64,000 nucleotides of DNA, from positions 1 to 64,000 of the forward strand of contig MCFE01000221.1 of assembly GCA_002104905.1 (NCBI GenBank), in the 5' to 3' direction. Below are positions 25,732 through 39,699 of the stretch, piece after piece. The translations under genes and the position numbers were made by a program. The notes under the pieces were generated by a model that worked only from the letters and a program-made list of their open reading frames with translations, was not told the origin of the DNA and searched no databases. This DNA comes from Basidiobolus meristosporus CBS 931.73. Lineage: Eukaryota > Fungi > Basidiobolomycota. The number at the start of each line of letters is the position of its first letter. Position 1 is the stretch's first letter.

Positions 25732-26518
25732 CAACGGGTGACTGCCGACCAAGTGTACGCCCTCTTCAAAAGGTCCCCCGCCGTCATATTTACACAAAAA
25801 GGACAAGCCCCGATAACATTTGCAAGATAAAGAAGCAAGACTTTATCGCGCTATTGCACCTTTTCTCGTTCTCCAACCCTCCCGAGGAACTTACCCAGAA
25901 CCCTATGGTTTGCCAACTATTTGGCTCTGTGGAAAACATCCCTTGAGCAACACAGGCCGCACCCCACTCTGCCGCCGAATGGTATCAGGTACTTGCCCGC
26001 AATCCCCTTGCAAGTGACAACCAGCAATGGTACTACGGTGACTCCCCATGCTCCATAAACAAAATCAATCCTGGAGAAGCAAGTTAGTCAAAGAACTTCG
26101 AGGACAAAGCTCCCACTTAACCCCCGGGATATGTGAGTACTCAATGTAGTACCCACTCTTTGCCCAAGAGTTCTCCCAAGAGCTCCCTCCAGAGTCCTAC
26201 CCGAAGTCCTCCAGTACCCTCCCTATGATTCCCCCACGTGTCCTCCCCTCCTATCCCTGCCCTTATCTAGTTAGAACACTTACCATAACAGGAAGGTGTT
26301 CACACCCCTATTTTATAACACATTGTCTATTGTCTAAGCCCCCCCAAGTGATATATATATCTACCCAATTGAACCAGGAAGAACAACAAGATTTGGATGA
26401 AATAAACAGAAGTCTTTATTACCTTGCTACCTTCTATTGGAAGTTATTCTGAACCAAGTGGTACTGACTTGACCTACAAGCTCTCCCACTCACCAAGTAC
26501 AGTCAGTAATAACCCACA

Positions 26519-29500
26519 CAAATTACTGCCCTCATAGAAGAAATGGACACCAGCCATCAAGAACATTTAACCATATTGAGGCCATGGAGCATAGTAGCAT
26601 GGAGGATGAACTTGAAGAAGACTCAGAACTCACCTTCCATATGACAGAAGTATACCTATCCCAGATGACCTCAAACTCAGGAGAGCTATTATACTTGAAT
26701 GGAGTAATCAATGGAGTACCTGCCAAGATCATGATTGACTCAGGAGCATTGCATGAGTACATGTCAGAGCAATTTGCTTTGAAAGCTGGAATCAGCTTGG
26801 AACCCACCAAATCAGCTTCAGTCTCAACAGCTGATGGGAACTCTCACATAATCAACCATACTACTTAACCAGTAAGGATGAAGATCAATGACTATGAAGC
26901 AGAGCTACAGGCCTATATATTTGGGAACTGCAAGTTTGACCTTGTACTTGGGAAAACCTGGCTATTTTGTTGTATCCATCAATCAACTGGAGAACCCATG
27001 CTACTCAGATCCAGAAGGACAACAAGACCTATGAGTTATCACCTGCCAGACTGGATTTTAACTTGGTCAATTCCAGTGTGTGTGAGACAAGTGAACTTAG
27101 CAAGACACAGTTCTGTAGAGCACTAAGAAATGGCACCCAGATGTTCCTCATGGCAGTGTTACAGGAGGATTCCTCCACTCCAGTACCCCAGAAGGTCCAG
27201 ACTCTTTTGAAGGAATATTCAGATGCATTTTCAGAAGAGCTTGTAAGCCTACCTCCAGTCAGAGACAAGGATCATGCAATTGAAACAGGAGATAGCCCTC
27301 CAGTGAGTAAGACACCTGACAGAATGAGTCCATTGGAGTTGGAAGAGATGAAGAGACAAATAGATCAGTTACTGGAGCAAGGATATATCAGACCTAGCAA
27401 GTCACCTTGAGGAGCACCAGTACTTTTTGTGAAGAAGAAGGATGGAACACTTAGGATGTGCATTAACTACAGAGCCCTCAACTCAGTTACTGTGAAGAAT
27501 AAGTACCCCATACCAAGGATTGATGAGCTCTTAGGCCAACTCAATGGAGCCACTATTTTCAGCAAGATTGTCCTCATGTCAGGATATAACCAGATTAGGG
27601 TGAAGCCAGAAGACATCCCTAAGACAGCATTCCGGACCAGATATGGAGATTACAAGTACTTAGTTGTGAGTTTTGGCCTCATCAATGCCCCTGCAACACT
27701 CATGACCCTGATGCAGACTGTCTTCCAGGAGTACTTAGACAAGTTTGTCATGACCTACCTAGATGATATATTGTTATAAAGCAAGACAGATGAGGATCAC
27801 TTGGGGCACATTGAAATGTTCTTGAAGAAGCTAAGAGAGAACAAGCTTTATGGCAAGCTACCCAAGTGTGAATTCTTCAAGGAACACATTGAATATCTGG
27901 GACACATAGTGACTAGTACAGGAGTGGCCCTAAGAAGGTTGAAGTTATCAAGAATCTGAAGCAGCCCCATAGCATATCAGAGCTCAGATCATTCCATGGA
28001 ATGGTTTCCTATTATTGGAGACTTGTCAAGTCCTTTGCAAGTATTGCAGTCCCTTTAACTGATATCCTCAAGAGAGAGAATACCTACAAGTGGTACAGAG
28101 CTTGTGAAACTGCCTTCCAGACGCCCAACAATGAACTTGCTAAGCTGCCAAGCTTAAAAATATGCGACTTCAGAATAGAGTTTACACTATGCACATATGC
28201 TTCAGATTATGCAATTGGTGGAGTGTTGAGCCAAGAACATGAGGGAATGGACTACCCTGTTGCCTTTGAATCCAAGTAACTAAACTCAGCAGAACAAAAC
28301 TATCCAGTGCATGAGAAGGAGATGCTTGCTATAATACACTGTTCAAAGACATGGAGATGCTATATTGAAGGAGTCAAATGCACTGTGAAGACTGATAATG
28401 TATCCCTCAAGTATATATTTACTCAGAAGGTACTCTCTAGAAGAATGACAAGATGGAGTGAATACATTCAGCAATTTGAGTTGCAGATTGTCTACTGCCC
28501 TGAAAAAAACAACACAGTTGCTGAAGCCTTATCAAGATTAGATCAAGTTGCACAACTCAACTTGGCACATGAATCAGATTGGCAAAGCCTATTACAAAGT
28601 ACTTGGAGGACCAAGCCATTCCTAGTGAGGTGGATGAAGATATCAAGAAGAGAATCTGGGATGAAGCCAGCAAATTGTAGTACGGGATGAAACACTCTAC
28701 CAAATTGTTGATGGAAGCCCTATTGCCTATTGCCCTTATGCTTCTTGCCTGGATTTAATATATAAGCTACACAATGGATATGGACATCTTGGAATTGAAG
28801 GAGCCTTTAGCCTTGTGAAAGCCAGAGCATGGTGGCCCAGAATGAAACATGACATTGAGAAGCTATGAGAGCATGCCCAAATTGCCAAATCAGCCAAGGC
28901 CAACCACAGAGAATTGCTGAACTCATTCCCTTGGAGCCTGTAAGACCATTTGAAAGATGGGGAATTGACTTTATTGGAAGACTGCCAACTACCAGGAAAT
29001 GCAAGCATTGGATATTACTAGCAATTGACCATGCCACTAAATGGCCAGTGGCTAAAGCTGTATCTACAGCCAGTGAACAAGAAGTTGCAATTTTCATCTA
29101 CCATGAGATCCTGATGAAGTTTGGATGCCCTGTAGAGATTCTATCCAATAGAGGTGCAAGCTTTATGGCAAAAACATTGGAAGCTTACCTGGAAATGCAG
29201 CAGATCAAACACTTGAAAGCCTTGGCATATCACCCCAGAACTAATGGAGTCACTGAACAGTTTAATGGATTATTTAAAAAAATGCTGACCAAGTATGCAA
29301 ATAGAGTTGTCAATAGATGAGATGAGTATATAGACCAAGCACTCTTTGCATGCTGAGTCAGAATACACAACACCACCAAGCAATTACCATTTTACTTGGT
29401 GTATGGATGTGAACCATGGATTCCAGGAGATCTCACACAACCAAAGCTTACAGACACCTTAGAAGATGAACTCAGTCAGCCAAGTAGACACCAGCAACTG

Positions 29501-30220
29501 GAACAAAGGTGTCAAGAGGCACAGACCAAAGTATCTCAATGTGCAGAAAAGATGAGGCAGAGACTTGATAAGACTATTGCACCACAAGCATTGACAGTTG
29601 GGAGCTTTGTATTGCTAAGAAACAACACTTGGAAGATGTTTGAGCCACAATAGTCAAGATCATTCAAGATCATCAGAGAATGTCCATTTGCAACTTACCA
29701 ACTAGGGGACAAACAAGGCAATATCTGGGAAGACGTAGTGCATAAGGTCAGACTCAAGCTTGCAAGACTGGCTGATAATACTGAACCATCAAGATATTGC
29801 TATAACAAGATAAGAGATTCAGGAAAACCCTCTCAACTTTAGCAGAGGTGATTGTTATGATCCACCGCATGAATGTTTAAATTAGATCAGTTTTTAGTCA
29901 AATCAACTAGTTATATGTTTAGGTTATCAGTATATCAATACTATTGATCAGATCAGTATCATTAGTCAGCAAATGAATCAGCAGATCCTTGTCAGACAGA
30001 AATAGATATATCAGATAGGATCTTATTGGTGATGATGATGCAATCAAATGAGTCATCAGCCACAGCCTACATTAGGATATACAATTGGTCAGCAATTGTT
30101 CTAGCAAAATGTATATAAGGAGCTGCCTGAATCCCAATAAAGATCAGTTCAAGTTTCAGTGAATACAATACCAGCTAAACTCCCTATTCCTCTACAACTC
30201 TTGTACCAATACTTGTAACA
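26519..30220 (+). mobile_element. Gypsy-C copy: end of gag CCHC, PR, RT, RH, INT (fragmented), 3' LTR 29853-30220
   Basis: IMIDSGA, YLDDIL, TYASDYAIGG, WGIDFIG, YHPRTNG. LTR TGTTAT...GTAACA. Many stops and frameshifts. Confidence 0.9.
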
Positions 30221-30225
30221 CTAAC

Positions 30226-30530
30226 AAGTTGGACACCTTGCAATAGTGGTATTCTCTGATGTTAATGCAATACAACTACTAACACATGCATATATCAGGA
30301 TGGTCTCTGGGTCATATCTTGACAGCTGCATGACTGTTGTTGATTTATACCATGTACATGTGAAGTTGCATTCCAGAATGATTTTAGCAAGAAGTAGTAT
30401 TAAATCCTCACAGCCCACATTACTGATATCAGTGGAAACATGCCACTTCTCTAGCCATAACATCACATCTTTGACCAGTTGATGGGGTACTGGTCTCACT
30501 TGAATCTATAAAGCATCCTCAGCATTTTTT
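30226..30530 (+). pseudogene. CMC-1 transposase N-terminal fragment
   Basis: Complementary-strand match to DVMLWLEKWHVS...YDPETIL..CVSSC..CPTC; the ORF track lists this peptide on - (30221-30499), so the fragment is actually encoded on the minus strand. Confidence 0.6.
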
Positions 30531-30539
30531 TCTATGGGT

Positions 30540-32884
30540 GTTCTCTCATTGCATAATGAGATTTTGCAGGGCTCATGCAGGGTACTATTGTGAGGGTAAA
30601 TAGGCTTTCAACTTGTCAGTGAGCCTGATTCTTCAGAGCTATCACTCTGTGTGCCATATTCAAATAGCTGAGGTGTTCCTAAACAAGCAGAGTTAGAACC
30701 AAAAAAGGCCTTCTGGACAGTGTGCCCACTGAGGGTAATAATGCTCCTCAGGCTCTCAGTCAAGTTGGCAAGTGGGAATCTCTGCAGAGCCCCAAGCTGC
30801 CCATAGTGCTGAGGCAGATGAGAATGTTGCAATAGCAGTACCTTCAGTTGGAGACCAGCAATTGGCCTTCATAATGTTACAAGTCTTGGTATAGGAGTTG
30901 TAGAGGAAATAGGGAGTTTAGCTAGTATTTTATTCACTAAAACTTGAACTGATTTTTATTGAGGTTCCAGCATCTCCTCATATACATTTTGCCAGATCAA
31001 TTGCTGACTAATTGCCTTTCCTAATAGAGGCTGTGGTTGATGACTCATTTGATTGCACCATCATCACCAATAAGATCCTACTTATTATATCTATTTCTGT
31101 CTGATAAGGATCTGCAGGCTCATTTGCTGACCAATGCTACTGATTCAATATATAATACTGATATACTGATAGGCTAAACACATAATTAGTTGATTTGACT
31201 AAAAACTGATCTAACTTCAGCATTTGAGTGGTAGATCATAACAGTAACATCATCACCACCTGCATTAGCAGGTATGATGTCAGCTCATGCCAAAGCATTA
31301 ATGAGGCAATTTGGTGCAGCGGCTCATACAATAAATGCAATGTCCAATAGAAATTGGAAAATGGTCCAAAAACAGGATGAGCCGGTAAAGGTGTAGTGTA
31401 ATCAATATCCAAGGTAGAAAAAGCAGTAGGTAGGCTGCAAAGCAGGAACTCAGGTATTTTAATGTCTCAGCCAAGAATTGAACCATTTCCTGATGTTGCA
31501 GTAGAGGAACAGCATACAGTTGTGAAGCACAACAATAGTGCCCAAAGATAAATCCCACAGAAAAACATATTACAGCATGGGAGGGAGATATTGTAGTGTT
31601 TATGCCAAAGTATAAATATCAAAAGACACTGAAGATACATGAAGCTGTTGAGTGCAATGATGAAGAGTGGTCTAGCATTTGAAAGGTGCTTAGAAGCCAA
31701 CAAGCCAACACCTTAAGGCTGGCATACCATGTGACCATCAGGAACTCAATGCAACACAGAATGTGCTTGACTTGTGCTGTGAGCATTATCCTGAGTTCAA
31801 ACAAGCAAACCAATTTTGAGCCAGCATTGGTATGCTAAGAAAGCATCTCAAGAGTAGCAGAAGCTGTTAAAGGCTGAAGAACAATGATGCAGTGGCTAAA
31901 AACCAGCGGTTTCCTCAAGAGCCTGTCCTAAGCAGGGCTAAAAGCTCCAAACAAGCTTTGAAGAGGCTTAAGGTAGCTGGCAGAGTGGTTATAAAAGAGA
32001 AGCAGGCAGACACAGATGCACCAGCACAACATCTATCAAGGAAAAAGCCCAGTTCTATTCAACTAGCTTTCTGTCAAAGTAGCAGTGAAGGACCTGGCAG
32101 TGATCAAAGCCAGCAGCTACCTCAGGAGCCAAGTTTGCAGAGAGTGGCAATTTATCTACTGCAGCCTACACATTCTTCATTGTTGACTGAGTGGAGATCT
32201 AACCAACATACACAGAAGTGATGTCAAGAACTCAAAAGGTTATCGCAAATCCTTCAGTGGAATTTTGGAACATTAATAGGCACACTAAGAAGATGCAGCA
32301 CTTCTTGAGGTGCAGTGCTGGCTGAAGACCACAATGTATGGGAATCAGTAAGTGAGCAGTGTCATAAAGCTATAGGGTTACTACCAAAGTCATGGAAATA
32401 GAGCATTAAAGTCAATATACTCATTGAGCAGCAGATTATAGCACAGTAACTTGTTGAGTGTGGGGTTGGACTTAATGTTAGTGTAGGGTATAGGGATTTG
32501 TATAGGTGAATACAGTTGGCAATTGAGGTACAACTGAAGTTTTACAGAAACAAATCAACTTGTATGTGTTTAAAAGTAAGCAAAATGGTTGAGTCAGCAA
32601 GTAAGGCGTGTGAAAAAGAGGTAATAGCCAATCAATGCACACAAATGTAGGAGGTGATAGAGTGGCCAGGATCAGTAAGTGAGGAATTGGCAGAAAATCA
32701 ATCAAAAGCCACCCTTGAATTATTCTGATGAAAAACTTTGGCCAAGTATTTAGTGAAATCTGGGGAGCAATTATTTTTTGACAGTTTTTGCACAATATTG
32801 GGAGGGGATCATTACCTCTTAGTCATGTAATGTTAAGTTTATGACAGCCCTTTGATAGGATCATTATAACAATTTTTCATAGGG
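30540..32884 (-). mobile_element. CMC-1 copy with ORF2 relic on + and left terminus
   Basis: CATAGGG at 32878-32884. ORF2-like peptide 31892-32221. Confidence 0.75.
30875..31243 (-). mobile_element. Gypsy-C solo LTR
   Basis: Reverse complement matches 29853-30220. Flanks ATAA/GTAA may be a 4-bp TSD with one transition. Confidence 0.8.
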
Positions 32885-34408
32885 AGCTTACACTCTGTTA
32901 GCTACTTCAAGACCATTTCAATGTGCACCAAGAAGCCCTCTCCTCTCTTGCTGTATACTAATATGTCACATTGATAGATAACCGCAAAAGTACCAAGGTA
33001 CCACTATAAGATGGTTTTCATCAGGGTGTTGAATGTTGATAGGGCTTTTGTGAAGCCAAACTCATAAGTGCTTGTAAGGTCTATATCTGGTCCTGAATGC
33101 TGTCTTGAGGATATCGTCATGTTTCACCCTAATATGATTATATTTTGGCATTAGGTTGGTCTAACTCAATAAGGTGGCTCCATAAAGTTGGTCAAAAAGC
33201 CCACCAATCCAAAGTATGGAGTACATATTCTTTGCAGTAACTAAGTTATGGGCACTCTGGTCAATACACAGGCTAAGTGTTCCATCTTTCATCTTTACAA
33301 AAGGCACTGGTGCCCACATGGTGACTTGCTGGGTCTGAAATATACATACTCCAATAATTGATCAATTTGCCTTGTCCTCTCTTCCAATTCTTATGGACTC
33401 ATTCTGTAAGGTGTGTTACTCTTGGAAGGGCTATCCCCTGTGTGAATGATATGATCAACATCTCTGACTGGTGGTTGGCTCACAAGCACATCTAAAATGT
33501 CTAAATATTCCTTCAATAGAGTTTGGATCCACCAGTGAACTGGTGAAGAGGAATCCCCTTGTAAAACAGCTATAAGTAACACCTTGATACCTCATCTAAT
33601 TTCTCTGCAGTGCTGTGTCTTGTTGAGTTTGCATGTGTCATGCATACTGGCACAAACTAAGCTGAAATACAGTCTGGCAGGTAGTAGCACATAAGTATGG
33701 TTGTTTTTGGATCTTAGCGGCATGGGTTCTCCAGTTGATTGAGTGATTAAAATGGAATAGCAATGTTTTGTATTTACCAGGTTAAGTTTGCAGATACCCA
33801 AATATGTTGGTCTATATGTTGCTGTAATAGTCATTGATCTTTATTTTCATTAGCCAAGTGATACCATCAAATGTATGAGAATTCCCATCAGCTATTGAGA
33901 TTAAAGTTGATTTAATGGGTTCTGAGTAAATTCCAGCTCTCAAGGCAACTTGGTCTGACATACTCCATTAATTGTTCAATTTAAGTATCAAAGTTTCCTG
34001 AGCTTGAGTTCATTTGAGAAAAGTATTTTTTTTCTGTCATATGGAAGGTAAGTTCTGAGTCTTCTTCAATTTCACCTGCCACATTACTATATTTTTGGGC
34101 TTCAATATGGCTGAAAATTGTTGCTGAATGGTATTCGTTTCTTCTTTGAGGGCAGTACCCTGAGAAGTACCCATGCTGGTGGCAATAAAATCAAAGTCCT
34201 TTCCTCTTACATTTTTCTAGGATGTGGCTCTTCTGCAAGGCATCTATACTAATTGGCACAGCTTCTGATGGTCATCATTCAAAGTCAATGTAGCCTTTCA
34301 GATTAAGCACTTTAGGCTTTCCAACTCCAAACATAGCTAAGTCATAGTCCATGGCAATCTTAATGGCATCTTCAATGGTCTGAGGTCTTTGATTATTTGG
34401 GTGAGGAT
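32885..34408 (-). mobile_element. Gypsy-C internal fragment (gag end, PR, RT start)
   Basis: Reverse complement aligns to 26520-27850 and 38640-39300. Confidence 0.75.
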
Positions 34409-35400
34409 TCCTAATGAAAAATAAATGTGATACTCTTGTCAAAAGGCCATCACACAGTTAAAATTCCATGACTAAAAGGTATTGATCTCAACAAGACACT
34501 ATACCAAGACTGTTGCAAAAAAAGGGTACCTCAGATTCCACAAACAACTTGGTCCAAATTTTACACCACAACAATATACAAGTGGCTACCAACCATTCTT
34601 CTGCTGCTCTCATCAGTGTAATCTGGCTTACAACTAGATAGCTTTACTTTATTTTTTGGCCGTATACATATTTAAATAAATCAACCCAAATGGATATAGT
34701 GCTACATACACATGTGTAAGTGGTTCTGCAGCATTATTTATAATGTTTACTGTTGTGGGTGACAAGTGAGTCTTACATTCTTTGAGGAGCAATGTCTCAC
34801 ATACAATATTGACTTGAAAACTTATGAGTATGGACAAAAGAGTTACATAAAGTTGTATTGTTATTGATTACCAAGCTGGTTATTCCACAGAGAAGAGTAC
34901 ATTGACTCAACACCATAAGAGAATGGAAAAACACCCATGTAGCTATTGTAACAAGCCTCTCAATCATGAAGCCTGCAGATGGCAAAGGAAGTATTTCACA
35001 AATCATAGCCAGTTTTCTGCCATGCAAGTGATATATGTGCATTTATCAATCACTATTATACCTGCAATATCTAGCCAGGCACCTGTTGCCTCTATATTGG
35101 CACTTAGTCAATTTTGTCACCTTGCACCAATCATTTTTGGTGAGTTTGTGACATATTTTGACACACCATGGCTTTGTGAGTGTGGCATGCAGAGTGAAGC
35201 TCTGAAGAGCAAGGCTCCCTGATGGATTGTAAGTTTATTGCCCCTCACAACAGTACCCTACTACAGTATGGCAAATTCCCAATATGCAATGAGATAACAT
35301 CTGTGTAACAAAATACAAGGATACTTTATGGAGCCAAGTGAACCCATTAATCTACTTACTGGTGAATGGTGCATTGTTGGAGCTAGAGAAGTGACATACT
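34409..35400 (+). mobile_element. CMC-1 derivative: left terminus fused to ORF2 start, intergenic region and transposase N-terminus
   Basis: Degenerate terminus TCCTAATGAAAA. Peptide CSYCNKPLNHEACRWQRKYF (34902-35222). Confidence 0.65.
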
Positions 35401-35419
35401 TTTATCACTTGTTCCAGGC

Positions 35420-36750
35420 CTAAATTACTCAATTCCAAGCAATTTAAGTTTCTGTAAAGAATATTTATAAGTCAAACAAGCTTGCTCAACTACCAGCATA
35501 CTTCAGCAGATCACTGTTCCACTAACTCCACAGCAAAATGGAGTAGCAAAACATGCAAACAGACTATATAGTACAAAGGGTAAGAGCTCTGCTGCATGAA
35601 AAGGGAATGAACCACAAGCTTGGTCTAAGTCTTTTGCTACTGCACTCTATGGGAAATGTAGATGACCTAAAGCTGCACTATGTGACTCTAAACACTTGAA
35701 AGCATATGCAGGCAAAAAACTACACATCTAGCATCTCAGTATCTTTGGCAGTGATGTTCTCTATCACATAATTGACAAAGAATGCTTAAAGTTGGAACTA
35801 AAAGTAAAAAGGGACCTACCTGGGCTATTGTGAAAATTGAGTGCATGATGGCAAGACCCAGAAGCTCATCAAAACCAGCTATGTTTGATTTAAGGAGAAT
35901 TTAGATCAGAATGCCACAGATGTAATTTGTCAGCTCCCTGATGAAGCAATCACAACTTATGAACAGTATGTGTATCTATTGCAGCCAGATATGAAAGAAA
36001 ACTTTACCAGCTTCAGATCAGAACTGACTATGCCAGTGAGGTGATCTATCAGAATAAGAAATGCCCCTGAATCTTGGTGGCAAACATCCAATGGGTATGA
36101 AGAAGCTTATATTGCAAAATCTCAGCCAGTTTGGGTTGCAACAGCTTGAATATGAGCCATGTCTTCCACTATCAATCAATGGTTGGTAGCCTGATGTATT
36201 TTATGGAGCCTTTGTGTGCAGATATTACAGTGGCAGTTGAAATAGTCAGTCATTTCATGCAGAACTATGGATCTGGTCAAATGCAATTGTTAAGTGAATC
36301 TTCAGATATCTGCAAGGTATCATAAATATAAATAATGTTTGGTAAGTTAAGAGAGAAACACAAATGAGGAAGTTATTCAGTTGAGGGGGAGCTTCAACAT
36401 ACTAGACTATTTATGATCAATCAGCAGCTAAGATTTAAATGGCAATTCTGATATAGTCTTGACCACTCTATGCCTAATTTACAGCCCTAAGCTTGCCACT
36501 TTCTCTCAGATCTATACTCCAAAGATTACTCTCCTATAGTTGAGATCAAATCTTCACCTTTACAATTATTGTGTCCCAAACCTGAGGCTGTTACAGTATG
36601 TTCCTGAATGTTAAGAATCTTTCCTAATTTAGTGCTAAAGTTGTACAACTTCTACAAAAGCATAGATACTTAGCTTTTTTATGAATTAACGACAGTACAA
36701 CTGTTATCATTATTTCCTGATAGGCTCTCTGTATCTATAACACAACATAA
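35420..36750 (+). mobile_element. Copia-B relic (integrase and RT fragments, PPT, LTR)
   Basis: TVPLTPQQNGVA and [25 protein letters not shown] near 36380; the downstream block matches 41750-42100. Confidence 0.7.
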
Positions 36751-37184
36751 ATTATAACACCATCAGTATGACAGCTGGCTATCTAGGGTGCAGTGTAGTG
36801 TATTGCTGTCAAATGTATGAGATCCAGATGATGATATCCATAATTCACCCATAGTGTTATTATCCACACTCCAGTACTGAAAAGCAAAATCCATAATCAG
36901 AACATGCAGAAGTCAGTATTCTATGCAGCAAAGCTGGAAAGTTAGAAGTTGTTGGCAGAATATGGAGCTAATCAGACATTGTAGATACTAAAGATAGCAC
37001 CCAAACACTTTCAAGTATACTTACCTATATAGTAGTAGAATCTTCAATACACAGTTGCAGTCCTGTGAAAACATTGTAAGCGGGGTCAATAATTACAAGT
37101 TGCCAGCACTACAGCAGCCACATTGTGGGTATCTTGATGGCTGATCTGGATTAGCAGCACCACTCTACCACATCTCTTTACATC

Positions 37185-37520
37185 AAAGGGGAATTCAGAA
37201 CTCCATATAAGCAGCAATTTTTGAGGAAGGAAAGTAAATTTCAACTAAGGGAGATTTGCCATAGCAGCCAGAAGGCCTCATAGTCAGCAGCAGGTTGATG
37301 CTCTGCTAGAGAAGTAAAAAACCCTGTGTATAGCTTGTTTGAACCCAAAAGTAAGGATATTAGTGCAAGCTGTATTTTTTATTGGTATACAAAACTCCCT
37401 GTACCCTACAGAAGTGTTAGCAGATCAGTAGTTGAGATATATTGCCATTAGCCTCTACATTTTGTAACAAGCTTCAAACTAAGCGTACAACTTTACAAGA
37501 ATTTGGTGAAGGGCCTGTGT
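37185..37520 (+). mobile_element. Diverged Gypsy-A-related LTR 3' end plus candidate PBS
   Basis: Aligns by eye to the reverse complement of 45711-46030, then TGGTGAAGGGCC follows just after the LTR end. Confidence 0.55.
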
Positions 37521-37664
37521 AGCTTGAACATTTCTCTAAACAAGCATTTAGTAATGTTATCAGAATGACAAAAACATCACTCTCAGAGTTAATTGCCATC
37601 CTTCAGGGTGTCATTCTGGTGAAATGCATATGACAAATCTCCAATACTAGGAAGCCATTCCATG

Positions 37665-39315
37665 TGTAGTGATATACCACTTGAATGTTTAAGATAGATC
37701 AGTGATTAATTAGATCAATTAGTTTTATACTTAACTTATCAGTAAAATAGTTTTATCTATCAGATCAGTAGTATTAGTCAGCATATTAGTCAGTATATCC
37801 TTATTATACAGATATAGATATTTTAAATATCATATAATTGGGTGTTGATGATGCAACCAAATGAGTCATCAGCCACAACATACATTAGGAAGTAAAATTA
37901 GTCAGCAGTTAATCAGTCAAAATGCATATAAGGAGCTGGTTGAACCTCAAAAAAAATCAGACCATGTTTTAGTAAATACAATACTAGCTAAGCTCCCTAT
38001 TCCTCTACAATTCTGATATCAAAACATATAACATTAGTAGCAGCAAAAACCAGAAACCTCATTCCTGGATAAAGAGGAGGCCCCCACTCACAATGTCAGA
38101 AAATCAACAATGGAAGAATCCTATGCCACAAATCCTGGCCAAAAAGCAGCTGTTACTCCTGATCATTTGCCAGCAGCAACAAGTAATGACTACCATGGTG
38201 CAGAACCAGTAAGACCCTGTCAATTGCAACTTCAGTGTGAAAGTCAACTGGTACTATGGTAGAGTCAATGAGAACTTGGGAACTTAGCTATTCCTGATTG
38301 AGGAAGCTTTTAAGGCTAAGGGAATTGCTCCGTAAAGCAAGTTGCATTATGCAGCTTCTTACTTGGCAGATGCACCTTTACAATGGTACCACATCAGGTC
38401 AGTCACTATGAATGGAAGTTCTACATTCTCTACCTGGGATGAGTTTGTGCCCAAAATTCAGGTTGCTTTTGAGCCCCCACACCAGTAGACACTACTCAAA
38501 AGGAAGCTCAAGACACTGATAAAAATGGAAATTGTTCAACATTACATCTATCAGTATAGATGTATACTTGGAAAAATTGAGTAAACAGACCCCCTGAATC
38601 AAGTTGAATGCTTTATTAATAGGTTGAAGTAAATAACTTGCAAGGAGTGAATTATAGGTGACCATAGACCACTGAAGAAGCTATCCAGATTTCATTGACT
38701 ATGACTCAGCTATGTTTGGAGTTGGGAAGCCCACAATGACTGATCAGAGAGGCTACAATTATCATGAAAGAAGACAATCAGAAGCAGTGCTAATGAAAAT
38801 AGTTGCTATGCAGAAGAATTCCATCTCAGAAGAATGTAAGAAGTAAGGACTTTGCTTTAATTGCCACCAGCAAGGACATATTGCAAAGTACTGCCCTCAG
38901 AGAAGAAACAGATACCGGTCTTCAGAAACCTTCATCCATATTAAAGCCTTTGAGCATAGTAAAATCAAGGAAGGGACTTGAAGAAGACTCAGAACAACCT
39001 CCCATATGACAAGGGAATACCTATCCAAATAAACACAATCACAGGAAAGCTATTTACTTGAGCTGAGTAATTAATGGAGTACCTGCCAAAATCATTATTG
39101 ACTCAGGAGCATTGCATGAGTAAATGTCAGGGCAATTTGCTTTAAAAGCTGGAATCAACTTGGAACCCACCAAATCAACTTTGGTCTCAACAGCAGATGG
39201 GAACTCTCACATTATCAAATGTATTACTCAGCTAGCAAGAATGAAGATCAATGACCATGAAGAAGACCTATGGGCCTTTATATTTGAGAACCGCAAGTTT
39301 GACTGTGTACTTGAA
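37665..39315 (+). mobile_element. Gypsy-C 5' part: LTR 37665-38033, PBS, gag, protease start
   Basis: LTR matches 29853-30220. TTAGTAGCAGC (decayed TGGTAGC) follows the LTR. Gag ..YAASYLADAPLQWY, CFNCHQQGHIAKYC and IIDSGA. Confidence 0.8.
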
Positions 39316-39329
39316 GCTCATTTACCAAA

Positions 39330-39690
39330 CCTTTCCTTTGCAGGGAAGATATTTGTGCTGTTCTGTTTGTGGGTAGAAGTTGTCTTTAATATAAATTAAA
39401 GCAATTGGGGCTCATAAACTTTTGCAACTTGAAATTGATTTTAATATCAGGAACTTATTGGGAGATGGTGATGATAGTTGAAGTATTGTTTATTAACAAA
39501 GATATTTGGTATTTCCCCCTTTGTAGTAGCAACATAACTTTACACCAAGTATGAGGAGCTTTGCAACTTTCAGGAGCATACTCCAACAGTTTCAGGGTTA
39601 ATATATAATGTTTAGTAAGAGTGCTAATTTGATCTGGATTATAGGGTAATATTTGCAGAAATACATGCAATGGGAATGGACTGCAAGTTT
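39330..39690 (-). mobile_element. Copia-B 5' LTR fragment plus PBS
   Basis: GGGGCTCATAAAC at 39407-39419 (reverse complement TTATGAGCCCC) next to LTR sequence also found at 42760-43101. Confidence 0.6.
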
Positions 39691-39699
39691 TGCACAAAA

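Larger units (their letters stand above)
23544..26518 (+). mobile_element. Gypsy-B copy 2: RT-RNase H, integrase deleted, ORF3, 3' LTR (26132-26518)
   Basis: CpG-rich relative to its surroundings. LTR TGTGAGT...ACCCACA; the same end is seen at 12096. Confidence 0.85.
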
